A DNA stretch of 64,000 nt from Azolla caroliniana (GCA_043228905.1 JBHGNT010000007.1:11904001-11968000), one strand, 5' to 3'; positions 1-12,117 are shown, counted from the first letter of the stretch. The notes: generated by a model not told the origin, from the letters alone. Made by a program: numbers and translations.

Positions 1-260
1 ACTCATGCTTAGGGAACTGCTTGGCATAGCAAGAAGGGAATTCCACGACAGCATCGTGGACCTCGTGAAGAGAAAGCGTCTCACGACGAAGAAGCCAGTT
101 AAGGTAAGGGCGGCACTCCTCGACGAGATGGCCGCGGAAGACAAGCTTGCGGAGAGCCACTACGCCATGCCCCATTGGGCAAGCGCGACTACAAAAACCC
201 CGGTTCGTATTGGGGACGTGAAGGAACAGGTGGTGGCATTAATCGACCACGGGTCGGAAA

Positions 261-693
261 TGTTTACTCTTCGGGCCGGACAATGGCCTAACACAGGGTG
301 TCTACGGGAGACACTTCACCAAAGGGTGTTATGGCAACCGGATTAGACTTCAATGCTTAATCCGACTTAATCAAGTTACTTATTAGGATCGTCTTCATAA
401 CACGCGAAAGATATAACAATTAAGACAGAACGGCAATTAACACAGAGAGATAACAACGCTTAAGCTTTCATTAATTAACCGCTAACTATTACATTGTATC
501 CGGGCCTTTAAATAGGTTTCTGGTCTGTATTACAAAACGGTGCCATCCGCACCTGTTCGGGATCGGTCCGGATCCGGAACGGCATACCGATTCCGGTCCG
601 TCCGTCCACACTCATAGCTTAATTACAACCACATTCCTACTACTTAATTAGCTCTCTGTTTCCCACTCTGGACTCCTTTGCCGGCCGGTAACA
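261..693 (-). repeat. 3' LTR of copy A
   Basis: TGTTACCG start on minus at 693, ends GAGTAAACA at 261. Its terminal 15 bp recur with one mismatch at 4413-4427. Confidence 0.8.
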
Positions 694-695
694 CA

Positions 696-737
696 TGGCA
701 CGCCCGTGGGACAGTACCTTGTACGTCGAATCCACAA
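696..737 (-). other. tRNA-3'-end-like motif at the PPT position
   Basis: Minus strand TTGTGGATTCGA-CGTACAAGGTACT-GTCCCACGGGCGTGCCA, 2 nt upstream of the 3' LTR. No purine tract. Homologous to 28647-28687. Confidence 0.8.
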
Positions 738-747
738 CTGACCCTTG

Positions 748-3522
748 CTATTCTTCGTCCAAAATGTCTAGAATGCTTTGTTCGAGAGGCTCCAATGGTT
801 CATTTGGAAGTGGTTGTTGTTGTTGCTGCTGTTGCTGCTCTGTTGCTGTCTGCTGCGGCGGGTCCGTCGGTGGTTGCTGCGGCTGCTCCTCCGTTGGTGG
901 CTCTGACACCGGCGTCTCCGTCGTTGCTCCATGCGTCGTCGTGGTCTCCGGTTGACTGGTTCCCGGATGGCCCTCAGCCGGCGACGGTTCCTCATCACTA
1001 AGGTTAACCGTTGTCGCTTCCCGTGCTTTTTCTTCCCGCACCCGAGACCGCTCGTAGCTTTCAAACTGGATTTGAGCGTCCAGCCTATCATCGTCCAGCT
1101 GGGCTACGAGCTGCCTGACCTGTGCCAGCTGTTAATCTGCCAGGACTTGGAAGTCGTCGGCCAGCTCGTCCCGTATGGCGGTGAAGTCCTCGGAAGTCAA
1201 CGTATAACAGTCATCTCCTTCCTTCCGCCGGTTTGCCACATCCGCCCGTAGCAACTGGAGTTCCGCCGCGTTTTGTGCCCACTTTGTCCACCATTTTACG
1301 GAGCTTTCATCAATCAAGTGTTTCGTCTTATTCAGCCATGCCCGGAGGATGGACTGAATCCGGCTCGTTCCCAATTGCGATTTGGTTTCCGCCGCTTGCC
1401 GTTCCTCCTTCAGTTGTTTGATTATTTTGACGTTGTCCTCCGCCTGCGCCTTGTAATGCGTCAATTGCCTTTGATATGTACTTTCTAATTTCTGCAATAC
1501 TGTTGACCCTCTCTCTTTGTCTTCCTGCTGCTGCTTCTGGAGCTCCATCCGGACCTTCTCCGCCTCTTCCAAGCGTCTTGTATTTTCCGCCCGTTCGTCG
1601 GCGATCGCCGTCGCGGCCCGATCAACTGCCTGCTGGAACTCGGCCATCCGTTCTTTATGCTCTATTTCCAGCCGTTTGTAGTCCCGGTGCAGGTGCTCAA
1701 AATCATCCGTCTTTTGCTTGAGTCGTGCGTTGATCTGACGACGGGCCCGGTCCTCGCGGTCCTTCTGCTGGCAGAGCTCTTCCTTTAGCCGTTCAATCTC
1801 TGTTTCCACCGTTTTCCGCAGCTTGTCCTTTTCCTGCAGCAGTTTGTCTCTCTCCTCCTTTAGCCAGTCGTACACTTGATGGCCTTTCTGGAGGCTCTCC
1901 TCTGCCCGGCGGAGGTTCTCAGCAGTCTTCTTTACTTCGGCTTCGGTCGCCGTCTTCAATTCTCGTTCATGGCTCCTTAGCGCTTCTTGTGCGGCAAGTT
2001 CCTCTCTCAATTGCGCAAGCTCCTGAGCTTGCGCCGCCTCTCTCACCGGAACGGTTTCCGTTGCCGAGGTCTTATTGCTATGTACAGGTCGTTCCGTTTC
2101 ATTATTCTGTACACTTACCGGAGTCACCGGTGATTGGATCCGTATTTTGGCCATTTCTGTCGTGACCTGATCCAAGTCTTTTTCAAGGCACCGGATTCTG
2201 GACCGGGTCGTCTCTAGTTGTTCGGTTGTGACGAGCAACCGTTCGCTTTGCGCTCTTTCTTCCGCCTCTATATACCCCACTACTCCGGCTATCTGTTCGC
2301 CTATCCACCGGAGCCACAGGCTACCGGTGCCGTGTTGTGCTTGCACGGAGGTTTGATAGATGGGCTCACTTGTAGAGGGGTGGTCCCGCCTGGTTGCGCC
2401 GAGTTGCAGTTCCGTTTCTGCCCGTGGACCATCCTGTTGTCCTGGTTCCCCTTGCGCTTCTTCTTCGCTGACCGAGGGAGGCTGCAGTGACCTTTCCGGC
2501 TCTGGCGGGATGGGACTTGCCGGTGTTGCCGGTGGTGCCGGTGCTTCTGTATCTGGTGCCATCTGCACCGGTTCCGGTTCCTTCCTTGGCGTGGGAGTCT
2601 CAGTCTGGGGAGCCGGTGTTCCCTCCGTCTGAGGGTCCGAACGTTTCCCGGCTGTCTCAACAGTCCTTGCCGACGACCGTCACTGGAGGTGCTCCGTAGG
2701 CTCCTCCTCTATTTCCTCCTCCTGAGCTCCGGCATTGAGTTTTGCTGCCAAGGGGTCCACTTCTCGATTCACCGGTCGGCGGAATGTGACCTTTACGGGC
2801 CGTACCGGTGGTTCCTCCTGCGCCTCCGTTGGGCGCTTCCGGCTTCCGCTTCCTGCTGCCGCCTGTTCTGCATCCACCGCCTTTCCCTTACTGGCCTTCA
2901 AGGCCAACAGTTGTTGCCGTTTGGAAGCCGTCCTTGGTGTGCCGTCCGGCACTCTTCCTCGCTTCTTGGGCTGGACGGTCTGAACGGGTGGCACCAGCAA
3001 GGTGAGCCACTGCGTTACGGCGTGCCATATCCTTCGTCTGTCTCGGCCTTCTTTGCCGTCTTTGCCTCTGACGATCTCGATCGCCGCACACAACCCGTCT
3101 GCGATCAATACCGGCCAATCCACCTTGATCCCTTCATAGGTGGCGATGATCATCCCTGCCCGGTTCTGCGGCATGACAGGGGGTCTAGGGTACACGTGGC
3201 CATATTCATGGAGCACACAAGCAATTTCGCGGAACAGCATATCTCCGCCGCCCTGTGTCCGGTAGCCCTTGCTGGCTAGAGAGTACTCACCAAAATACCT
3301 GATGAGTTGCTCCGGGGTTGGATTGTCGATCGTGAGTATGCCTCCCTCCGGAAGGCCTGTTAACGCTCGAATCACCTCTGCCGTTATGACCTCTGTATCG
3401 ATTTCCTTGATCACTTTGTCGGCTTCTTTGTGTGGCGGTACTTCCATCATCATCAAGAAGCCCTCGAGCCCGTGTTGCTTCAGCCATGTCTTGGCGGCTT
3501 CCGACAGCGTGTGCGGGTCCAT
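748..3522 (-). pseudogene. Extra 3' ORF of Gypsy copy A (N-terminal plant-retroelement accessory domain plus long coiled coil), broken by a frameshift and a stop
   Basis: ORFs 2680-3522, 1132-2568 and 748-1041; the last two are in frame across a TAA at 1132-1134. Clearly homologous to 19633-22862 (WLKQHGLEGF/WLMEKRLDGY; WAQNAAELQLLRADVANRRKEG/WAGQVAELHTYRADWENRRKDG). Confidence 0.75.
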
Positions 3523-3895
3523 CTCTGTGTCGGGGTCGGATTGCGGTGATGAGGATGGATGGTGATGAGAGCGGGGTTGAGAAAGAGAGAGTTCAGAAGG
3601 CGGGGGTTCTCTGTGCGCAGGTTCTCGTCTGATGATCTTGCAGCGTTTTCGGTGCTTCTGTGCTCCTGGGTTCGCGAAAGTAGAGGGTCTCTACGCGCAA
3701 TGGTTTTTGTCTGTGCATTCTGGCGCCTTTTTCGAGTTTGTGCATGTTGCGTACTTAAAATAGCATTATGTCCTGTGGTGGCGCTTTAAATGCCCACTGC
3801 GTACCTTTTCGCTCCACGCTCTTTCATCCCTTCATTCCTCGCTTTTGCATGATTGTTTTTTTTTTTTTTTTTCAGTTATTATTATTAGTGTGATG

Positions 3896-4405
3896 TCACA
3901 TGTCCGTTGGTCCTCCCGGACCCTTACCGGCCTCATTCTCTCCGGTTTCCGGCTTGCCGTCTCTGCCGTCTTGGTGGTTGCCGTCAGTCCTTTGCTCAAA
4001 CGGGTTCTTAGGCATCGGTCCTCTATATGCCTTTAACCGGAATCTGTTGACCCATTTGCCCAGCACTTCGCCAGCAAGTGTCCCCAACTGGTAGGACCCA
4101 TTATACTCCCGTGTTAGCCAATATGGTCCGGTCCATCTAAACCTTAGTTTACCCGGCATCTTGCCCATCCGGGTTTGGAATACTAACACTGGTTTGCCGA
4201 TTGCGAACATTTTTTCGTTACCTTTCCTGTGCCGGTCGACGAATGCTTTCCGTCGTCGTTGCTCCAATTCTAAATGTAGGATGTTGGCCAACCGTTGTTC
4301 CTCCAGCTCACATAGCGTTGTCAACCTTATTGTCTCCGACTCCTTCTCGTTCAGCCGTTCTCGTAGCTGGATCCGTAAGCTAGGTACTTGAAATTCTACC
4401 GGCAA
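3896..4405 (-). pseudogene. Gypsy integrase C-terminal fragment
   Basis: MPVEFQVPSLRIQL…GKLRFRWTGPY; same sequence family as 18845-19288. Confidence 0.85.
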
Positions 4406-4427
4406 AAAACTGTGTTAACTCTTCGGG

Positions 4428-4451
4428 TTTAGGGTTTAGGGTTTAGGGTTT
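4428..4451 (+). repeat. Short interstitial plant telomeric repeat (TTTAGGG)3TTT
   Basis: Read directly; lies at the junction between copy A and the G1 host. Confidence 0.9.
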
Positions 4452-5070
4452 AACTTGATGTCCATGGACTTTTACAAAAAGGGGAATTGGTCGATCAACA
4501 CCAAACACGGGTGGAAGATACGCGCGGCTTCAAGAGCCACAAAAGAACTACACGGGGCTTGCCCGAACGTCAGGGTGAGTGTCGGAGACGTCGATATTAA
4601 CCAACACTTTTTCGTGCAAGAGACGTCCTCCCACCCGGTCATCCTAGGCGAACCATACTTCACGGCGGCTAGAATGGAAACAAAAGTACTGGACAATGGT
4701 TCAGCCTATGCAAGGGTAAAGAGTCAGGGCGACCGTCATTCCATCCAATTTTTGACCATTCGGAAGAATCACGAGCGGAACAGGGTCACCCTCGGAAATA
4801 ACAACAAGGCAGATTTTTAGAAAGGGCTATCAAGGAATGGGGCCACGATAGTCTGGATAGCCAGAAAATTCCCCACATCTGTAAACTAGGAAGGAAAGTT
4901 TTGTTCTCCGACAACGGGGGATGTACCATAGCCAGCATCAGTGGCCAAGAAAGAAAGCGGGCCGAGATACGCCTAAGGGCGTGCGGAGCCTTGAGTCACG
5001 ACAAAGGGATTGGGGAAGTTGTGGAGGCGGTCTTGTTCGATGATACCCTTGGAGAAATCAAGAAGCTAGT

Positions 5071-6616
5071 CGAGGAAGGCCTAAGCGAAGACCGAGTCAT
5101 ACCGGTCAACTCGGTCGACATGTATGAAGTCATTGCGGACTTCAAAAGAAAGACCAGGGCGCATCGGATCGCCCGAGTAGACACCAAGTACAAGACTATG
5201 GACTGGAAGGTGAAGCCTGTCGTGGCCCCCTTACCGGAGGGCAGCTGGGAACGAATAAAGAGGGTTGCTACCGACCCGAGCTTGCGAGATCCGGCCGGCA
5301 TAGGACACCGTTTCACCGACAAAATGCTACGAGAGCTGAAGATCGGTGGGGGTGGCTTCCTACTGCCAGCGGAAGAGGACCGGTTCATAAGGATGCTCGA
5401 GCGGCACGAGAAAGCCTTCGCATTCTCGCCGAGAGAGATTAGATGCATCGACCCAACCATTATTGAACCAATGGTGATCTTAACGTGCCGCACGTGCCAT
5501 AGACTCTCAAACCAATTCAAGTACCGAGAGCTCACATGCCAATGTTGATGGAGCTTCTTAAGCAGAAGATGGAGCTGGGCATCCTCGAACCATCGAGTGC
5601 CCCTTACTCTAACTGGTGGTTTACGGTACCAAAGATGAACGGTACGTTGCGCTTCATCCAGGAGTTACAACTGGTCAACAAGGTGACCATCCGCAATACG
5701 AGAGTTGGGCCATCGATCGATGAGTTCGCGGAAGCCTTCGCCGGAAGGTCCATATAATCGGTCGGGGACCTTTACTCAGGGTGCGACCAGTTCCAGCTGG
5801 TCGTGGAAAGCAGGGACATCACAACAATGTGAACCCCTATCGCTCGAGGGAGGCCTAAGCGAAGACCGAGTCATACCGGTCAACTCAGTCGACATGTATG
5901 AAGTCATTGCGGACTTCGAAAGAAAGACTAGGGCGCATCGGATCGCCCGAGTAGACACCAAGTACAAGACTATGGAGTGGAAGGTGAACCCCGTCGCGGC
6001 CCCCTTACCAGAGGGCAGCTGGGAACGAATAAAGAGGGTCGCTATCGACCCGAGCTTGCAAGATCCGGCCGGCAGAGGACATCGTTTCACCAACAAAACG
6101 CTACGAGAGTTGAAGATCGGTGGGGGTGGCTTCCTACTGCCAGCGGAAGAGGACCGGTTCATAAGGATGCTCGAGCGGCACGAGAAAGCCTTCGCATTCT
6201 CGCCGAGAGAGATCAGATGCGTCGACCCAACCATTATTGAACCAATGGTGATCTTAACGTGCCGCACGTGCCATAGACTCTCAAACCAATTCAAGTACCG
6301 AGAGCTCACATGCCAATGATGATGGAGCTTCTTAAGCAGAAGGTGGAGTTGGGCATCCTCGAACCATCAAGTGCCCCTTACTCTAACCGGTGGTTTACGG
6401 TACCAAAGAAGAACAGTACCTTGCGCTTCATCCAGGACTTACAACTGGTCAACAAGGTGACCATCCACAATACGGGAGTTGGGCCGTCGACCGATGAGTT
6501 CGTGGAAGCCTTCGCCGGAAGGTCCATATAATCGGTCGGAGACCTTTACTCGGGGTGCGACCAGTTCCAGCTGGCCGTGGAAAGCAGGGACATCACAACA
6601 ATGCGAACCCCTCTCG
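5071..6616 (+). repeat. ~774-bp tandem duplication inside G1 pol
   Basis: ORFs 5536-5757 and 6310-6531 are near-identical and offset by 774 bp; ORFs 4901-5548 and 5705-6319 share the same text. Confidence 0.95.
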
Positions 6617-7598
6617 GCCTAGTTCGAATGTGTACCCTACCATAGGGAGGGACCAACTCGGTGGCACACATGGTGAATGCAATGAACAAAGTCCTTCGGG
6701 ACTGCATTCCGGACATCACCATGCCTTTCCTCGACGACATCCCTATGAAGGGGTGTCCGGAGGACACCAAGGATGAATCAATCGGCGTGGACGGGTGCCG
6801 AAGGTTTGTCACGGACCATATCTCCGACTGCGAGAAGATACTACAAAGGCTCAACACGTGCGGCTTACCTTCTCGGGAGAAAAGTCGGCCTTCGGACAGC
6901 CAAAGATCTTAGTGGTAGGCCATCTACGTGAGTCGTACGGCCGGAAGCCATCGCCGACCAAGGTAGAGGCCATCTCGGCAATGAAGGAGGAGTGAGGATC
7001 AATCACAGAGGTCCGACGATTCTTAGGAGCATGTGCCTTTTACCACATATGGATCCCTTATTACGCGCACGTCGCCGAACCACTCTATGGCTTGCTAAAG
7101 AAGATCAGGAAATTTGAATGGACAAAGGAACATATTGAGGTAGTCCAAAGGCTAAAACGAACGCTCATCGCGGCACCAGCTTTACGCAAAGCACAATACG
7201 CACCGGGAACTCCGGTCTATATCACGGTGGACACCAGGACAACCGGGTTCGGATGGGTCGTAAATCAAGAGAACAAAGACGGCACGCGTTTCCCTATCCG
7301 GTTTGGTGCAAAGGTAGAGTGAGCGACAACGAGGATACGCCCAAGTCAAGCGCGAGCTATGGGGTATCGTTTCGGCGGTTAAGGTCGACAAAGACTACCT
7401 AATTGGGACAGAAGTGATCATAGAAACGAACTGCCTACCGATCCTTGGTATGGTCTCCAGATGCGCAACTCCCGACATGGCCATGCTCAGGTGGATTGCG
7501 TACATCAAGTCCCTGAACCCAGAGATCCGACACATCTCGGGTAAAGACAACGTCATGGCCGATATGCTTTCCAGAGCAAGGTTCGAGGACGAGGACAG

Positions 7599-8311
7599 TG
7601 TCGTAGTGTGAATCACACACTACGTGAGATATGTAAAATACTATATCCAATTTAAAGTACGTATAATAAATAAAATAAAATATTAAAAATAATTATTACG
7701 TGCATAGGGCAAGATTCAAACCCCAACCTTACCATTGTACTAGCTTATCCTAAGTGTTCTAAATATAGATTTAATACGTATAAGACCTTTATTTACGCCT
7801 ACCTTTATTAAAAGGTAAGTCATGCATTTTTTTTAGAATGCGTGAATACTTTATTTATAAGAAAAAAAATGTACACCAATGAAAAATGACTCGTGCACAT
7901 CTAACGAGCATGAGCACTATATTTAGGAAATAAAAGCATAGTGTAAAAAGGCAACTCATGCACATTTAGTGTGCATGAACACTCTAGAAAAAAACAGGAA
8001 GCTATGCTTAGCCTCTTCCATCCTTATATAAGGAGGAGAGAAAGATGTATCGGGGGTTGATTATTATTTTACAAGGATTGATTAATAAAAAAAATATTTG
8101 TGGGATTCACGATTTTGCCATCTATTTCTCTCTTACATTCTAAGTATCAATTAATACACTATACTCGTGGGATTCACAAGTTTTTCATATCTTTCTTTCT
8201 TACCATATATTTCATATTCTTAACTATCTTAGAATTTTCTTTTCTCCTAGTCCAAAACCTTGGTGGTTCCCACCCGATTCATGCAACGATCCAGAGCCGA
8301 AAGGCACAACA
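7599..8311 (+). mobile_element. Solo LTR of the G1 (TGTCG) family, 4-bp TSD ACAG/ACGG
   Basis: TGTCG…CAACA ends, TATATAAGG box near 8025, GC-rich right end. Removing it restores host …FEDEDGMVSENEEV. Confidence 0.8.
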
Positions 8312-11300
8312 ACGGCATGGTATCAGAGAACGAAGAAGTCGGCGTGGACTTCTTCGAATCAGCAAGGATGAGGATAAAAAGGCGAAGCACTCCACCCCTG
8401 AACGAGTTCGACGAAGGCGACTACGATGGGGAGTGGCTTCTAATCGGAAGATTTCTAAAGACAATGACGGCGGACGCCTCGATGACTAGGGAGGAAGCGG
8501 GACAGCTCCGAAAAAGGGCATACTGATACTTCCTATGGAACGGGAAGATCTGGAGGGTCCCAAAAAAGCAAAACGACGCGTCGCTCCGAGTAATAGCGCG
8601 GGCGGATGATCAAGAGAAGCTAATATCAGAGTTCCACGAAAGCCCTTGGTCTGGACACCGGGGTACATGGGCCACATTCGAGAAGTTAAAGGAGAAATAC
8701 TAGTGGTCGGGTATATATAAGAGCGTGCACGACCTCGTGTCCACGTGTGAAAGCTACCAGATGCACTCGGTGGTTCGACACCGCGACGAGCTGCACCCAA
8801 CATACCCCCCGGCCATGCAATTCAAATGGATGGTCGACTTAGTAACGATGTTGATAGGAGAGGGTCAGAAGCGATACCTAGTGCTGGCTAGAGAAGACCT
8901 AACAAACCAGGTAGAGGGTCGAGCACTAACGAACAAGACCACCGCGCCAGTATGTAAGTTTCTAATTGAAGATGTCATATGCTAATACGGGTGCGTGTGG
9001 AAAATCGTGGCTAACCGAGGCGAGCTAGACACAGAAGAGGCCGAAGAACTGTTCAATCGGTTAGGCGTAAAACTGTACCTCACAACGACATACAACCCGA
9101 AGGCAAATGAAAACATTGAGCGGGGCCACGGTCCGATCGTAAAAGCCATTGTACACGCGTGCGAAGGATGAGTCAGCGATTGGCCGAGGTTGCTCCCTTA
9201 CGTGTTGTGGACGGATAGGACTACCCACAGTTCGGTGACAGGGTACATGCTGGCAGAACTAATGTTTGGACAGAAACCCATCATGCCAATGGAGCGGATG
9301 ATCACCTCGTGGACAGCGATCGATTAAATGAGCCGAGAAGAATTGCTAGCGGCCCGAATCCGGCAACTCGAGCGAAGGCCGAAAGACGTGGACCAGGCCA
9401 CGGCGAAGCTGGGAGAAGCGAGAATTTGGAACAAGGCCCGGTTCGACCGAACACACCGGCTCCGGCCAAGGAAGATCGAGGAAGGCGATTGGGTATTGGT
9501 CTATGACAGCAGCCTCGACAACCAGCATAGGTCTACGTGTCAATTCGCGAAGCGATGGTTCGGGCCATACGTGGTAATTAGCATCAATGATAACGCGATG
9601 TATCATCTCGCGGAGCTCGAAGGGACCCGAATGACGACTCCGATGGCCGGGAAGCGGATAAAGGCCTTCAAGAGGCGGAGCGAGGCGGAACCAAACCCAG
9701 GAGCTGAAAGCGCCAGTTCAGAAGGGGAGGACGAGTAGCATATGGCCCGGAATCCCTCACTAAAATCGCTGCCCGGAACATAATGGAGTGTGTGCGGTTT
9801 AGTGGAGGTGGATGTCGTGAAGATTCTGGGCCATAGGTGGAAACAAGGTGAAACGCGCGGGTTCACTTGTGTGCGCGAGTGCACATCCCTAGTTGTTGAG
9901 AGACAAGCTCAACATCGACCGGATCGGCTAAAGAAGCCGAGGACCGGATCGGTTGGGACCGATCGGTTAGGCCGAGTACATAAACCGGGGGGTCGTTAGG
10001 AAAGATATTCTGTGAGGAATATATTTGGGAGTTAGTGTAGGGGCACTTGATGAGCATTGAAGTACTGTCAGTACTTCGGTCAGTCCTTCTAGGACTTGTA
10101 TAAAAGTGCTCACTGAGCACGTCTTATGTACAGACTTGAGTATTATTATTGAATATAGTTTTTTGTGTCTACTCTCTCTGTCTCTCCCGCATATACCCTG
10201 TAAGCCCAAGCTCTCCATTGAACCTGAGTTTTCTTCCTCTGTTCTGTCTTCATACCTGCTTCCGCACGCTACTTTCTACATGGTATCAGAGCGGGAGGGT
10301 TGAGAACCTCTCTGCAGCCGACAGAGCTTGACGAAGAAGAACAAGAAGAACGATGGATAGAGGCATGGCGAGCTCGCTTCCAACAGAGAAGCTCGACAAA
10401 ACCAACTACGCGTCTTGGTCCTACAAGATGCACCAGTACCTGCTCGGGCATGGCTACTGGAGTTATGTCGAAGGAGCTAATGACGCGGCACCCGAATCGA
10501 CACACAGAGACTTCCCGTTGTGGGAGCAATCCGCGAGCAGGGTACTATACTGCTTCGCGTCGTGTGTGGGCGAACAGCTATTGAGCTATGTTCGGGATGC
10601 AAAGACACCGAAGGGTGCGTGGGAAAATCTGAAGAAGATTTTCACCGCGAGCACCACAGCTAGGAAGCTTCAACTCCGACAGGAGTTGAGCAACCTACGA
10701 CAACGCAACTTGTCGGTGGCGGACTATACCTCGAAGATCAAGGATATCTGCGACTCCCTCGCCTCCATAGAGGTGAACATCGAGGAGAGCGAGATGGTCC
10801 AGATTTGTCTCGGAGGTTTGGCGTCGAAGTTCAGAGCGTTCCGAACGGCTGTGTGTACCCGGGAGAATACGTCGTCCTTTTTCGACTTACAGTCGATGCT
10901 CCTAGTAGAGGAGAACCACGCGGGTGCGTCAACGAGCACGCACATCGACAGCAAGATGTGGTACACAGAGGGAGAAAGGCCCCGTGGTCGTGGCGGACGA
11001 GGCGAGTCGGTACGCAATGGAAGCGGCCGACGAGATCAAGGAAGATGGCACCGAAGTGATGCCGACAGCAACTTCGGACCCTCCGGAAACAGGGGGAGTT
11101 GAAGCGATGAGAACCGGCAAGGGAAGGCCATCGCGGAGTGCTGGTACTATGGCAAGAAAGGCCACACTGAAAGTGAGTGCTAGAAGAAGCGCGCCGATTC
11201 GGAGAGAACTAGTTCCGGGAACGGCTCCAGACATACCGACAAAGGAAATCGGCAACGATCGCACTACGACAAAGACTCCGGGAGAGCTGGAGAAGGGTCT

Positions 11301-11604
11301 GTCTTCGTGACGAGACACGAAGCAAACTCAATGAAACAGAGCACCCCGAGACCGAACGAGGTGTGGTACGTAGACTCCGGCGCGTCAAACCACATGACGA
11401 GTCATAAGGAGTGGTTCTCGTACCTTGAAAAACCGATACAACCGGGAGTAGTCGCAACAGGAGACGACACTCCGCATCCGATCGCGAATGTCGGAGAAGT
11501 TCCCCTTAGCCATGTCGGGCAGAAAGGGAAACTCAAGAACGTTGTCGTGAAGAATGTGCTTCACGATATAAAAATGAGCTTAAATGTTGTATTTAATAAT
11601 ATTT

Positions 11605-11799
11605 GAGAGACTTGAACCCACATCCTTATATACGATGTACAATGTACATACCACTAGGCTAGGCTATTTATTTTTAAAAGTGTGTAATAAATGTGCTTCA
11701 TGATATAAGAATGAAGCTATATATTGTATTAAGTAAAATTGAGGGACTTGAACCCTCAACCTTGTATATCAAGCACAAAGCATACACCACTAAGCTAGG
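11605..11799 (-). pseudogene. Two tandem tRNA-derived A/B-box cassettes inside a solo LTR
   Basis: Minus strand TAGCTTAGTGG…GGTTCAAGTCCC (11799-11741) and TAGCCTAGTGG…GGTTCAAGTCTC (11663-11605), tRNA-like spacing, within a ~135-bp duplication. Confidence 0.6.
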
Positions 11800-12050
11800 T
11801 TATTTGTTTTAGGGTTATATCCATCATTATACTTATCACAATACATGGGAGCTCAAATGAGCATGATGGCTATCATGCATCACATGCAATGCATGTGCGC
11901 CAAATGGCGATCATGCATCAGATGTAACTCATGCATGACATGCATGACATTACCATATGCATGGAAATACTTATAAAAAGAGAGGAAAGGGAAAACAAAG
12001 GAATCAAGGAATCAAGAGAGAGTGAAAAAATAATACAATCAATTGAAGAA

Positions 12051-12117
12051 GACTAGCTCATTGGGTGGAGAACCTCTTGTTTCGAAGTTGAGGTCGTGAG
12101 TTCGAATCAAGGGTCGG
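12051..12117 (+). pseudogene. tRNA-derived A/B-box cassette inside a solo LTR
   Basis: TAGCTCATTGGGTGGAGA…GAGGTCGTGAGTTCGAATC. Acceptor stem imperfect. Confidence 0.6.

Larger units (their letters stand above)
261..4427 (-). mobile_element. Internally deleted Athila/Tat-like Gypsy element (copy A) inserted in the G1 protease
   Basis: On minus: 15-bp LTR end (4427-4413), integrase C-terminus (4405-3896, RFRWTGPY), extra ORF (3522-748), tRNA-like motif (737-696), LTR 693-261 bounded TG…CA with CCTATTTAAAGG TATA-like box on minus. Confidence 0.85.

Noticed and set aside
261-712. Reading 261-693 as an ordinary plus-strand 5' LTR with PBS
   Set aside because: Integrase, extra ORF, TATA box and the LTR-end/T-spacer remnant at 4404-4427 all orient the element on minus. 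Kept only as the refuting alternative.
695-1001. Cys-rich plus-strand ORFs (GCCCCCCC…) resembling a metallothionein or keratin-associated protein
   Set aside because: They are the antisense reading of the Gln/Thr/Pro-rich end of the retroelement extra ORF.
12051-12117. Functional tRNA gene
   Set aside because: Acceptor and anticodon stems do not pair properly; reported only as a tRNA-derived cassette.
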